DNA of 64,000 bases from Fistulifera solaris (Eukaryota). Below are positions 47,427 to 59,520 of this stretch, in pieces; position 1 is the first letter of the stretch, and each line of letters opens with the position of its first letter. The stretch is from positions 806,001 to 870,000 of the forward strand of contig AP026128.1 of NCBI GenBank assembly GCA_030295235.1, read 5' to 3'. The notes below the pieces were generated by a model. The model was not told the origin of the DNA. It was given only the letters and a program-made list of their open reading frames with translations, and did not search any database. Made by a program: the position numbers and the translations under genes.

Positions 47427-48590
47427 ATGATTTACGCATCAGCTCCGGTTGCACGAGTGCGGCTGTTGTTGTCGATCGGGCTCCTAATGACTGATTTCGT
47501 TTTCTCTCAATCATCGCGCCATATCGGCATGAACGGGGATTTTGTCAGCCGTGGTCTCCAAGCTTTGACAGATGGCCCTACTGATCTTGATGGGATCTGC
47601 GCAGTTGTGCAAGAAGCGTTCACAACAGATGTGCGGTGCGAATGCTTCGGATCACCCGAGCGATTTCTGAGCATAACATGCGACTACCAGTCTTCGATTT
47701 GTGGGGCATCTGGAGAAAATTGCGGCCGTCCTCTCATCGGTGTGTCTGTTGTAGAAGGCAAGATGTTTTCCTCGACTAGCTGTATTCGTGACTATCAGCG
47801 AGGTAGTCGCAAGCTTATGGGAGAGACTTGCATTTCCGTGACTGCTTGTGAGAACCCTCAAGATGGCCTTTGCGGGTGCATCGCTAGCTACGAGTCTCAA
47901 GTCTGCAGCAGTTGCAATGTGTGTGAAGGAGGGGCGGGGCTCTCGTTTGATTGCACCAACGTTAATGCAGAGGCTGTTTCAGAACCTTGCAAAAAGATAG
48001 ACATGGACCTTGATCTCAGTGGCGGTGCCGGTATTCTCGGTAACTTTTTGCCCGAAATGGCGGGCTTGTGTACCGGCTTAGAACGCGCTCTTGATAATCG
48101 TGTGAGCTGTGATTGCTCGCGGGCTAAAGGTGGCTCGTATACTATCACATGCAAGACGGAAGAAGAAAATCAGCAAGACAAATCCGTTTCGGTTCTTTCG
48201 TCCGTGGACGTCATTGAAGGTGCTGTGCAAACTGTCACGGCGTGCACAGACCACCCTGATCCCTATGGCAAGACTTGCACGGCTCTGCAGTTTTGTGAGG
48301 ATGATTCGGAACGGGTGTGTTCCTGTTTAGCAACGTATGATGATCAATCGTGCCGCATGTGTCAAGTATGTGACGGTGGTGAAGGTGTTCAAGTCGACTG
48401 CTCTAACGTTTTCGAGCAAGCTTCTGTACAAGAGTGTCAACCGGTCAAACAATCGACAAGTTTCGAGTTCGTTCCCAATTTTCCTTTTATCGAAAGCGAA
48501 AAGAATGTCGTAAAGAGTGACGCCACACCAATTCACTCTTCCCTAGCGGTCCTGTTTGCCGGATTCCTCATCTTGTCGTGTTTAGCTTAG
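47427..48590 (+). CDS. Secreted Cys-rich protein with two tandem homologous domains, possible GPI anchor
   Basis: Signal peptide, two repeats with the same Cys spacing (C.C...ITC...C...C...C...C.C.A.Y...C..C.VC.GG.G...DC.NV), hydrophobic C-terminus after a small-residue site. Confidence 0.7.
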   Translation: MIYASAPVARVRLLLSIGLLMTDFVFSQSSRHIGMNGDFVSRGLQALTDGPTDLDGICAVVQEAFTTDVRCECFGSPERFLSITCDYQSSICGASGENCGRPLIGVSVVEGKMFSSTSCIRDYQRGSRKLMGETCISVTACENPQDGLCGCIASYESQVCSSCNVCEGGAGLSFDCTNVNAEAVSEPCKKIDMDLDLSGGAGILGNFLPEMAGLCTGLERALDNRVSCDCSRAKGGSYTITCKTEEENQQDKSVSVLSSVDVIEGAVQTVTACTDHPDPYGKTCTALQFCEDDSERVCSCLATYDDQSCRMCQVCDGGEGVQVDCSNVFEQASVQECQPVKQSTSFEFVPNFPFIESEKNVVKSDATPIHSSLAVLFAGFLILSCLA

Positions 48591-49679
48591 AACGATTTAG
48601 GCTGAGCATTTATTTGTAAAAAAATAGTTATGAGTTATAGACACGATAGTCGGTATCCAATGCTAAAAAATTGCTTATTCTTCGTTTGTAGCACTTGTAT
48701 GCTATTGACTGTGCACTGTATTCTTACACCTTGTGCCGACCTATCTATCCACGCTGGTACAAGGAGGCTCCGGTATCTCAATAAAATAAAAATTGAGAGT
48801 TTAGCGTGCTTATTTCCTATCCCTATGACAGAACCGAAACACAATCCGTCTCTAGACTATGTCTAGAATGCGGATTGCCAAGACATCGCCGAGGCAATGA
48901 GCAGGGCTGCCAGCGTCAGGAGTCTGACGCTATTCTCCCTGGGGAACGAGCCCCGTGTGAAAGAAGGAATCTCCCCAGCCCCGCAGCGGCTAGATGAGGC
49001 GGCTAATGTGGAAAGGAAGAGTCTCGTTATTTGCCAAAAGCATTTCTGTATGTTGCAAAATTCAAATATAGTATTTACTATAGTCCAAAGTGTATGTCAA
49101 CTTATCCACGACTGCAATTCAGTCATGAATTAGTTCTTCCTTGCGACAATGTTACCTACAATTCGTTCCTTCGCCAAATTATCTTGAACTCCATTTGTTG
49201 CTAATGCAATCTAATAGTCTTTAGCAGCGTCTATATTAAAAATCATGATAATTTTACGTCGAATAAGCTGTGAAATGCTGTCTTTCATATCTACTTTAAA
49301 CCAAATTGATTTCCGTGTTTCGGCACGAGTGCACTTCAGTCATTGTCCTGTTGCCTAGCGCCTAACTATTGACTCTCATAAATGATCCTAGTATTTACGG
49401 TCTAAGACGACTCGACATGCGTACAATAATCCCAAATAAATATTGTAAGTAGTTTTTCGCCTCAATTGTGTTTGATCGCCAATGTGACTAAAACGGATTT
49501 TCTACTTGTTAGTGGGGTACCGGTACGATGGGAGGTATTCCCGGTGAGAGATATTTCCCCCGTCGCATTCCAATTCCAACGCATGCGAAAACACCACAAA
49601 ACTTTGACTTTTTCACCAACGCCTTTCATCTCCTAGTCCATGCCATAAACGCGAGTTCACTTCCCAGAATCCTGTGATT

Positions 49680-51619
49680 ATGAGGAATTCTCGCAAGCCC
49701 AAGGTTTTATGCTTAGGCTTATCCTATGCGGATATTGAAGGCCAGTTATCGAAGCTTCAGATAGGCAAAAGAGATCGAAGGTTTCGCGATTGTCGGAATG
49801 GCTCCGTCGATGCGGTCGTCCGTAGTGTCCGTCGAAGTCTACTATCTGCAATGGACGGTCGCGATTTAGCTCGCTGTATTAGCACAGAGAAAATTTGCGG
49901 TGTCGATGTGTATACCGTCAGCCAAGAGAAGGGAGCTGTTTATCGTGAAGATCGGCATCTGGACGCTAATTTCAATCGGCACGATTTCGTAAAGAATTTA
50001 CGAAAACGATTTGGCGAAGACTGCTGTTTTGACGAGATCATTCTGGACTACTTTTGGATTCCGCAGGGATGGGATGCTTCTCATTGGTCGAAATCATTCT
50101 TCGAAAAGACTTTAGTGTCCTTTGCAGCAGAAAATATGCTCCGTGAGGAAACCGGTGCTATTTATCTTCCATTTTGCTTACATTGCTTCAAGTCCGTGCG
50201 TATGGCCTTTCACAAGCTAAAACAGTACTTCAACGTGTCCTTTATCCGAAAGAACGAGCTATCACAAGTTTCTCTATGGAAAGGCACACAGGGCATTGAT
50301 CCCTTCAACATGCAGCATTTCTTGGGAAAGAAACTCAACCAAGAAGACATCTATTGTACATTCGGGCCAAGGGATGTCGCGGAGGCCATGGAAGATTCTG
50401 GAATCTCAAAGTCTGTGCTGGTCAAACTCGCTAGATCTCTGGAAGACTTCCATTCTATTCGATTCATTTGTCTCACGCTGCTACCTGGCAAAAGACCTGC
50501 TTTGACTAAAAGACATTCGGCTCATACATCGGTTGTATTGCTCCATCCAAAGTTGAGCGGGGTTTTTATCAAATGGAACTGGATTCCTCCAGCAATATAA
50601 AAGCTGAAACTAATATTATCAGCTGCACGCCTGCTCGGAGATCAACTTATGAGACGAAACCTCAGACACCTACAGTACGGCGATGCTTATTTCCGGCCGA
50701 AGAGTCAGGATACGCCGTTTTTGTTCCGAGACCCTCGAATTCGGAGATAAGTATGGAAAATACGGTGGCTACATCTCTGCGAAATAGAGAGACTCGTGGA
50801 CGCCACGTCAATGATACACCGATTTCGATAGCGGACTCAGAGCAATCGCGGGGTCGAAGACGTGGACGTCCTCCAAAAAACGCTATCACACCAAGCAAGA
50901 AGTTGAGCATTGATTCTCCATCATCTAAGCTGATAAATACTATAGAGAATCCGCGGGCTCGAAAACGGGGACGTCCTCCAGAAAACGATATCATCCCAAG
51001 CACGAAGTCGAGCGTTGAGTCTCCATCGTCCAACCTGATAAACATTATAGAGAATCCGCGGGCTCGAAAACGGGGACGTCCTCCAAAAAACGATATGAAT
51101 TCAAGCAAGAGCTCCAGCATTGGTTCTCCGTCATCGAATTCGATAATCAGCTCAGAAAAACCGCCGACTCGAAAGCGGGGACGTCCTCCAAAAAGCTGTG
51201 TGACCTCAAACACGAGCTCCGGCGTTACTTCACCTTCATTGAACTCGATAACCATTTCAGAGGAAACGCGGGCTCGGAAGCGGGGACGTCCTCCAAAGTC
51301 AAGCATCGGTGCACCGTCAGTAAGGGACAGCTTACCCGCCCCTGCCATAGTTACACCTATGGGAACACCCGACGTACCCGGTTCGCCAATTTCAAACGAA
51401 AACAAAAGAAGCCGGTCACAGAGTCCGTCTCAAATTCTATTATCTCCTCAGGCGCTGTTTTCTTCGTGTCTCATATCTAACACATTCGACGCTATGCCTC
51501 GACATTATTTCGACGTTAAGTCACAAGGCGAAGTGGGCAATTCGTCGCTTGACGGAGAAGTTGGCTGTGCACCTATTGAGATTCATGAAGCTGGATTTTG
51601 TCGCGTTTATGAAGTATAG
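49680..51619 (+). CDS. Uncharacterised alpha/beta domain fused to five AT-hooks
   Basis: ORFs 49674-50600 and 50573-51619 join by a one-base correction in the A run at ~50508 (KTFGSYIGCIAPSKVERGFYQMELD). Five R(K/R)RGRPP motifs. Confidence 0.7.
50855..51300 (+). repeat. Coding 105-bp tandem repeat, each unit encoding an AT-hook
   Basis: GGACGTCCTCCA at 50864, 50969, 51074, 51179 and 51284 (exact 105-bp period). Confidence 0.9.
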
Positions 51620-51817
51620 CCAAGACTATGTCGGCAAGTGGTGGCTGTTGCGTAGCTACTAGTGCAATGTAGGAACATAATGCTGGCTTATGAAAGGTTT
51701 CTCCACCCAACTGCAGCTCTGGATGTCCTCTATTGTCTGAATAAACGCGCATGATGTTCAGGATGACCACATCGACTCATAACTACTATGAACTTACACA
51801 TAGTTGATGCTACACAT

Positions 51818-53567
51818 CTAAATGAGCGGGTCTTCGTCACCTACTTTTGTAGTAAGCGTTTCGATTTCCTGGCTCTTTGGTCTCCAAAATTGCAGTGCAT
51901 TGGCTGCGCTGGCAAGAGTTTTATTGTCTTGTCGTCTGTTTGAGACAGCAGGCTCCAGAGATACGGAGACGACCCCTTCTTGGACGCCTTCGCACACATT
52001 CGATGCATCAACATTATTAGACAAGTTGCTTTTTCCTCTTCCTTTAAACTTAAAATTAAAGTTGGTAAGCCTCATCTCAGACTTCTTTTCATTCACTTGT
52101 CGCGTGTCCCGCTCGACTGTAGCCTCCCTGATTGTGTTGATCCGTCTCATCCTGCTTTATAGCCTTCTGTAGAACTTCGTATTGTCGAGTTGACAGGCTT
52201 TCTTCCCTGAATGTAACAGAGTACATCGAATGTGAACCGCCAGCGTCGTCCACGAGCTCTTCGTTGCTGCTAGCTCTCAAGCTTTCGATAAGTTGATCCA
52301 TTGTGCACCCATCAGGTACCTCAACATTGTTGATGGCGATGATGCGCGAGCCTAGGGAAGGCCTTTTGTTCTTTGTGTCGTCAAAGTCGTTGTAGCCGGA
52401 AACAACGAAAATAGAATGACGACCGGAGTCTCGGCGCTGATGACGCCCTTCTTTATCACCTTTACTATGAAAGAAATTGATGTGAAAAGGTAACCCAACA
52501 TTTCTCTGATTCTCGGTCTCGCCTACCATCTTCGTCTGTTCCGCTTCAGGCGCCAGCAATGCCCTCGTCAATTCGGCGTTGGGTTGCTTGGCTGTCGGAG
52601 TGCTCATAGTATCATCGTGCAACTCCAGGATTTTGATGCCTACTTTGGACCCTCGTGGAAAGTATAAAGTGGTGGTTTGGGCCTTAGGAGATGTTGATGG
52701 CGATGAGTCAAAAGACGAATGGGATGCATCGGATCTTGGCGAAGCAGATCTATGCGTTTGTAAACGAAGAGTTGCAATTCCTTCGTCGGTTACTAACGAA
52801 GATCCACCGCAAGAGAATGAAGAATGGTCATCTCCAGAGCCATCCTCAAGGTGAATAAAATCCAATCCGTCTGAAAAGTTACTATCAGCCGAAGTTGCCC
52901 GATTTCGGTTGGCTTGGAAAAGAAGATTCTCATGAGCCTGTAATTGGTATGCAACCTTCAAGTCTTCAAATTCTCGTTCTTGATCCTTTGATGCTTTTGC
53001 CTTTTTCATATACTGTTTCATGCAGCTCGCAAGATATCGCTTCGCTTCCGATTTCCTCTCCAATTTGATGGCCAGCTTCTTGTTGCGTTCGGTGAGTGCC
53101 TCGACATTCATCTCCAGCTCTTCGTTCCTTTTCTGCAAAGACTTGATAAGCTCGTGCAAAGAATCAACTTCAGCGGCGTGACTGTCCGATTCGTCATGCA
53201 GAATGGCCAGTGATGATTGAAAGCGATGGATGCTCTTGGTGAGACTCGCAATCGGAGTGCTGTGCAATCCGTGAGATCTTTCTAATTGAGCCAGTGCGTC
53301 AGCCAACGGAAATTTTCCCAATTTGGACTTCGATGCTTTCGGTGACTTCAATATCTCGGACTGATATTCATCGCTCTCCATGGCGGCCAACTCCGATAAC
53401 ACCGAGAGGCAGCTTAGCAGCGAATTTAGTTGAGCTTCAGCGGACGCGGAATTCTCATCAGCTAGGCTCTCATCCCCTCGACTTTCGCCTGACTCTGGAG
53501 TGATAAGTTCTGTCTGCATCATACTGGTCAGAGCCTGAGGTGGTATGATGGGAGCGGTGAACGACAA
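51818..53567 (-). CDS. Hypothetical coiled-coil protein with a possible split PDZ-like domain
   Basis: Long heptad region, FPRGSKVGIK and GSRIIAINNVEV...VTFRE resemble PDZ elements. Start and 3' frame are uncertain. Confidence 0.5.
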
Positions 53568-54019
53568 ACGCAGCAGAAGTTCGGCTCAGTTTTGAAGCTT
53601 CTCCGAGCGACGAAGCGTGTAAATTGTTGACTTGGTTGCGTTTCAAGTTAATCCGATCGATTGCAAAGTACTTGTTTAGTGAACAGAACTTGATGGATGC
53701 TGCTTGACACTTCTGTAAAAAAAATGCGAAAGCGAATCTTGCTTCGTCTTTTCTTTGGCGCACCTCTTCAACAGTCACAATCTTCTAAGTAAAGTTTTCA
53801 TCTCATAATGCAAAACAACCTTCATTTGCGCAAAGGTACGAAAGCGAAGCGGCATTCAAGTTACTATCTGATGGAAAGAAGATTACTTTTTATGATTGCC
53901 CAAGCGTGAGAAAAGCTATACCCGGCTGGCGTGTCGAACGCTTGTCACTCTCACAGCTCGATTTCATCGAAGTGCTTTGTTTATATGCTTGTGTTGCAGA
54001 TCACACAAAGCCCGGCACC

Positions 54020-54964
54020 ATGACGGAAATAGCACTCAATTTAGGGTGTGCACTCATGGCCTTCGGGCCATTCGTCTCTCTTTTCGCTCTAATCATTTAC
54101 CAGAAAGCGCAGTTGGTGATTGTTGTTACCACGGCAGCTTTCTTTTTCTTGTTGGGCGCTACGCCCGCTTCCTTCTTTTGGTCCATGTTTCACGCGATCG
54201 GTCTTCGCGGGCCACTGGCGGCGATTATTCCGGGAGTTTTCTTTCAATTTGTTGCTCGATGTGCGTTTGTTTCGATTTATCATAAAGTGGAGCGAGTCAT
54301 TCAAGTGACTCTGCAAAAGCAGTTGGAAGAAGAGCGCTACGCGGAAGGGGGTGCGGGAAATTCGGATGCGTCGGTGCGACCCGTACAGAGAAATCGCGAA
54401 GAATGGGCTGAAATTGTGAAACTTCGGTTGCAATTGAACGATGCTTCCTGTGGTGTCGCAGCTGGTGTTGGATTTGGTGGGATGCACGCGATTATGCTCT
54501 TTGGAACGTTGCTGGCTAGTCAAATGAAGAACAATGTTGGTGTTCTCTACCAAGAAAGCTGTCCCGGTATGCCTTCACTGGCTGTATCCGCAATATTTGC
54601 GTGCTTATTCAGCATCCTTGACGTCTTTTGGATGCTCTTCACGTTCTTTGGAATGCGCCGCCGCCTGATTTACCATCGAGGAACATTTGACGAAACTGGA
54701 TCGCGAGCTATTGGCGGCTGGTTTGGAAATTCTCGCACAGGAGGAAACATGGCGCTGCTCTTTACGCTAGTTTCACATTTCTTTTCATCTGTTCTCACGA
54801 CTTCAGACTATTTCAAGATGGGGTGCACAATTTCCTTGTCATCGGTCGGGGCTGTTGTACTTTTTACAGCCTACATCTTTTGGGCAGGAGTGGGTCGCAT
54901 CTACATGCCACCCGCGCAGTCTGTCATCTTGACCAATTCCTTGAGCCGAACGCATGCGGAATGA
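54020..54964 (+). CDS. APH1: Gamma-secretase subunit APH-1
   Basis: LGCALMAFGP, VIVVTTAAFFFL, GVGFGGMHA (GxxxG), LVSHFFSSVLT, seven TM segments. Confidence 0.88.
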   Translation: MTEIALNLGCALMAFGPFVSLFALIIYQKAQLVIVVTTAAFFFLLGATPASFFWSMFHAIGLRGPLAAIIPGVFFQFVARCAFVSIYHKVERVIQVTLQKQLEEERYAEGGAGNSDASVRPVQRNREEWAEIVKLRLQLNDASCGVAAGVGFGGMHAIMLFGTLLASQMKNNVGVLYQESCPGMPSLAVSAIFACLFSILDVFWMLFTFFGMRRRLIYHRGTFDETGSRAIGGWFGNSRTGGNMALLFTLVSHFFSSVLTTSDYFKMGCTISLSSVGAVVLFTAYIFWAGVGRIYMPPAQSVILTNSLSRTHAE

Positions 54965-55552
54965 GGCTTTGGATCTTATTGTAACGCTCAAATGCCTTGA
55001 TAGGCGCTTGAGCGTAATGACTCACGCATACTGTAAGATAGAATGGTATTCACTACAAAAAGAAAGCCGATGATTCTTCTAGACTACGACTAGCTATTTA
55101 GAAATTAGCTAGAAGCGGGTTGAAACTAGTAAGTGCTTAATATCAAAGGAAAACATGCGGTCGATTCCTCGAATGCCGCCGCCCTTTTCTTCCTTTTGTT
55201 ACTGCGAAACGCCAAAGCGGCAACGTTTCTCAGCAAATTGCTTATAATGGTGCAGTGACAGCAGCCATCGTCGCTTTCCTGGTTATTGATAGATGTGAGC
55301 TTAGAATGTTAGCTTACCAGGTAATGATCGCATACGTGGCAGGTGTCAAAAATCCAGTCGTGAATCATATTTTGTGTAGTGCAAAGAGTAGGTTTAGGGA
55401 GCTGAGTAAGTCTTGCGCGCCACGCGAAAGAGGTGTCAAGAAGCTTTCGCCCTCGTTTTTGCATTCTTCATGAAGAAAACAACGCTCACAAAAATCATTG
55501 AAAGTTCGCATAAAGTTAAAACAAATAATTTACTTGTGATTCTACAAGGAAA

Positions 55553-56883
55553 ATGTCAAACACTATGTGCATCAAAAGCACGAAAGTCCCCCTTTTGGTA
55601 GTTCTGTTGGTGGCGGTCGGTCTTCCTTCTGGCACCAGTTTCGCTCCCATTGTTTCACCACAAAGGTCTGCTGTGAGCTCGACTGCGCCGATGACAAAAG
55701 CCTTTTTTAATCACCAGAAGCAACAGACGTCTCGCGTAAGGTCGACGCTGTCTGAAAAGCGTCCCAACATGTCCGATTCTGAGAAACAGAAAACTTCCAC
55801 TGACCCAACTCCCTGGGCATTGACTTATTTCAAAGAAAACAACATGGGACTGAATGGTCGTACTTCCGTTGTTGCTTCACTATTACTGGCTTTCGCACTT
55901 GCTCTTTCTCCCATGAATGCGGATGCCGCCATGTCCGGTGGGAGAATGGGCGGATCTTTCTCATCGCCCAGTCGCTCGGCCCCGAGTAGTCGAGTCATGC
56001 CCAGTCGATCCTATTCGTCGCCCTCCTACGGATACTATTCGCGGCCCAACGTGATCGTAGCGCCAACGATCACGCCCTTTACAGTCCCTTCACGCCATTC
56101 TATAATCCTATCACCCCTTTTTACGGTGGAGGGGCGGCTATCACTTACCGCAGCCCATTCTTCTTCGGTGATGGCCTTTTCCCGTTATTTGCTCTCGGCT
56201 TTGGGGCTTGGGCGCTTCTTAATGTAGTTCCTAACTTGCTTTCTCGGTCGGATACCTTCTCTTCCTTCGAGAGCTCGGCGTTGTCTTCGGCGCTGGGGTC
56301 GGGAACATCGGTGGCACAGATCAGTGTGGCGATGGAAGTGCCGGACCGGGACGATCCCAATTCGATTCTGTCTGTTTTGGATCGCTTGTCTCGTACGGCT
56401 CATACAGATAGTCGTGCTGGTATTCAGAATTTGACCAGTCAAGTGGCTCTGGAACTGTTGCGGCGAAAAAGTTCTATTTCGGCCGCATGGACTCGCTCCA
56501 AGCACTTTTCCAAGACGCCAGAGGCTCAACGAGACTACCAGCAGAGGTCCGTTCAGGAACGAAGCAAGTTTGAGCAGGAAACTGTCAGCAAGTATGGTGG
56601 CGTAGACTATTCTTCGACGAGCATGAAAAGTGCCGGTGCCTCGAACAGCAAAGCGACCATGGCAGTTATCACCATTCTAATTGCCATCGACGGTGATTCG
56701 ACCAAACTCCCGACGATCAATTCACTTCGTGACGTGGAAAACGCGTTGCAAAAGATTGCTTCGGATGTCAAAACGGATGATTGTTTGCAGAGTGCCGAAA
56801 TTCTGTGGTCTCCGGAAGCGCGGTTTGAGACGCTTTCGAAACGCGATGTTGTGGCCGACTATCCCGAGCTCCGGTCCGTTTAA
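55553..56883 (+). CDS. DUF1517 / FLAP1-like plastid protein
   Basis: Presequence with TSFAP, AMSGGRMGGSF, VALELLRRK, ERSKFEQET, ALQKIA, EILWSP, YPEL. T-run frameshift at ~56080. Confidence 0.8.
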
Positions 56884-57154
56884 ATATGATTCTTAGATCG
56901 TTACATTAAAAAAAAATAGCTTACTAGTATAGTTTGAATGCTCGGCGTTTGTTGATTTGCAAGACCGTTTACAGTATCAATGCAAATCCAGATTGGTGAA
57001 AGGAACGTAGATAAAGCTGCAAACTGCTCGTTATAGCCTGATGTGTTATCGTCATATCAGTTCGTCTATTAAAGCTATAGAAATGTCTCTCAAGACAAGT
57101 CGCTTTTTGGGTAGTCTAGATGTGTATGTGGGGTGTTTCGTGGCGCACTCTTGC

Positions 57155-58198
57155 TTAGTCAAAGGGGCCGTGATTGGGTTGGTCGTGAAGGGGACTGGGT
57201 GGTCCAAAGTCGTGGACACTTCCGTCAAAAGAATGATTCTCAAAATGCTCGTTACTAGCGGCGAGAGCGAGCGGATCCAGTTCGGATGCGGGGTTGATTT
57301 CGATCTTATCGGTGAGATGAGAAGGATGAAAAGCGTTGTGAAACGCTGATCCGAGGTTATCAAAGCCAGCGGCTGCCGGTGATGACGGCATTTTGTGATG
57401 AAGCATCAAGTCGGTATGATCTTCGGAGGGACGTTCTTGAGGCGGACTAGCGGCACTCGTATTCCCCGAGTCGAGAAGGCTGGTCTCGCCGAGCATACCA
57501 CTGGAGCTTGCTGCTGTAGTAGGAGTAGTAGTCGGCATGTATCTGCCTTCGTGATCGATTCGTTGCTTCTTCGACCAGTGCATACCATCATCGATGGAGG
57601 GTGACAAGGAAGATGTATCGATCGCTGAAGGATGGAGTTTGCCAAAGTTCCACTTCTCCGCGTCCATGAGATGCTGGCTCGACGACTCACGAAGAGCGGC
57701 TGCGGCTATTTGTTCCGCGTATTCCTTGTTTGAAAGTCCGGTTTGGAGACGCATCTCGTTGACTTGTATGACGTCGGGAGGAACTTCTACTGAGGCTGCG
57801 TAGCCCGTGCGGTCTTGACGGTTACAATCTCGTAAAGCTTGACAAGCCTTCTTCAAACATTCCTGCTCGGTGAGTTCTTCCCAAGGCCCTTCCAAGCCTC
57901 GAGAATTCTTGGAACGCCCTGCTCGTTTGAGAAATCTCCCCGGAGGATTGAGATTTTGGATATAATCCACAATCTCCTGTGCTATGGCTCTCTTTTCCGT
58001 GGTTGTATACTGCGTGCAATAGTTTTCATCGTACCGACTATTCACCAAAGCGCGGAATCGTTCATTTCCAGGATGCTGCGCAATATTGACTCCTCTTCCA
58101 TTTAACACGTCATGATCCGTGGGTACGATCGGTGCAGTGGCTGGTTGCGGCGCTCCCCAGGGATAGTTGACTTTTGGAGCTCTTTGATGATGATTCAT
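57155..58198 (-). CDS. DUF6824-domain protein (diatom-expanded family)
   Basis: PTDHDVLNGRG..IAQHPGNERFRALV, GRFLKR, WEEL...KKACQALRD, followed by a disordered tail. Confidence 0.85.
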   Translation of the reverse strand: MNHHQRAPKVNYPWGAPQPATAPIVPTDHDVLNGRGVNIAQHPGNERFRALVNSRYDENYCTQYTTTEKRAIAQEIVDYIQNLNPPGRFLKRAGRSKNSRGLEGPWEELTEQECLKKACQALRDCNRQDRTGYAASVEVPPDVIQVNEMRLQTGLSNKEYAEQIAAAALRESSSQHLMDAEKWNFGKLHPSAIDTSSLSPSIDDGMHWSKKQRIDHEGRYMPTTTPTTAASSSGMLGETSLLDSGNTSAASPPQERPSEDHTDLMLHHKMPSSPAAAGFDNLGSAFHNAFHPSHLTDKIEINPASELDPLALAASNEHFENHSFDGSVHDFGPPSPLHDQPNHGPFD

Positions 58199-59520
58199 TC
58201 CTCGGCTAGTTTTCTTTTCACAGGTACAGAAGGATTCCTCACAGAGGAGGAGCCCACACAAACACACAGAAACCGCTACAAACACAAATACCGCAACACC
58301 AGGCCGCTCAATTTTCAAGTAAATTCGGAATGATTGGATCGACCCTTTCTGGATAGAATGACAAACAGATAATAATGAGCACAATCGTTATTGACTTGAC
58401 TCCGCGGCTTCTGGGATAGAGTGTGTGTCAAGAGAAACAAAATCTGTATCGAATGTCAATCTCGAACCAGCAGATCGTTTTCCCGTCAAATGAGAGGTAC
58501 GAAAGAGAGGGGTCCGTGGACGACGACAGTTTGTTTTGGGTTGGCAAGTGCCGTGGATTTGTTTGGAATCTCCCTCCCGCCGAGGGTCGCGCAGATCGCG
58601 CATTCGGCCCATTTTGAGGCTCTGGATCGGTCGACTTGGATCACTTTTTCGCTTTCGCGCAATGCGCGATTGTCATTGACTTCGACCAGTCACTGTACAC
58701 TGCAGTATCGCGAAGGCCTAAGCTAAGAACTGTGACTACATATTATCGTATAGTAATGACAGGCTCGTCAGCGCCATCTTTTTCCTCTTTTGAATCTTGA
58801 AGCAAGTTCGTAACGGATAACGGATTGCACGAATACGATTTGAACCTTGCACATGTTAGGTTCGAGTCGAGCCAAATGTATCATGGTGTTTTAAAAGCAG
58901 CGGCAAGAATCAAGAATGCGCTCCTTTGGTGATAAAAATCACCACACGTCGTTCAAGGTCCGTTTTGTCAAGTGCGAGGACTTTAGAATTCACTAGCTTG
59001 TTCCTGTTTTGAAGAAGTCGACTAGAACGGCAAAGGCCGACAACCATACAATACGAACATCTAGCAGACTTTCTACTTGTCCCTGGCTATTCACACCCAT
59101 TCATTTTGCGACCATCTATGCATTTGCAGCAGGCTTGGTTATTTTTTATGCTTTGAAGGCGAACGTGCATCACAAACACGAGATTATTGGTATAAACATA
59201 TACTTTCAGAATAGTAAGTCAGTAAAGACTACTTTGGTTGTACTGCTTCATAAATATTTTTGTGAGTTTATGTCCTTCATTTGATGCACGTTGACTCGTG
59301 AATGAATCATCATTGGTTAGCATACCCAAGACTTGATGTTAACCCGTAACCCATGTCGATGTGGAATTATTGCGCATGAATAAAAAATGCGACGACCTTT
59401 CTTCACAAACACACAAAATAACGTCAATGAATAACTGATCATATTTTTATACCTCACGGAGTGCTTTAAACCCTACTGGATCATTTACAGGGCAATACTC
59501 ATTTGCGCGGATCCATTGTC

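Noticed and set aside
50662..51405. 247-aa antisense ORF (and similar antisense ORFs over cysK, 37710-38366 and 41453-41986)
   Set aside because: Shadows of real sense-strand genes caused by codon bias and repeats
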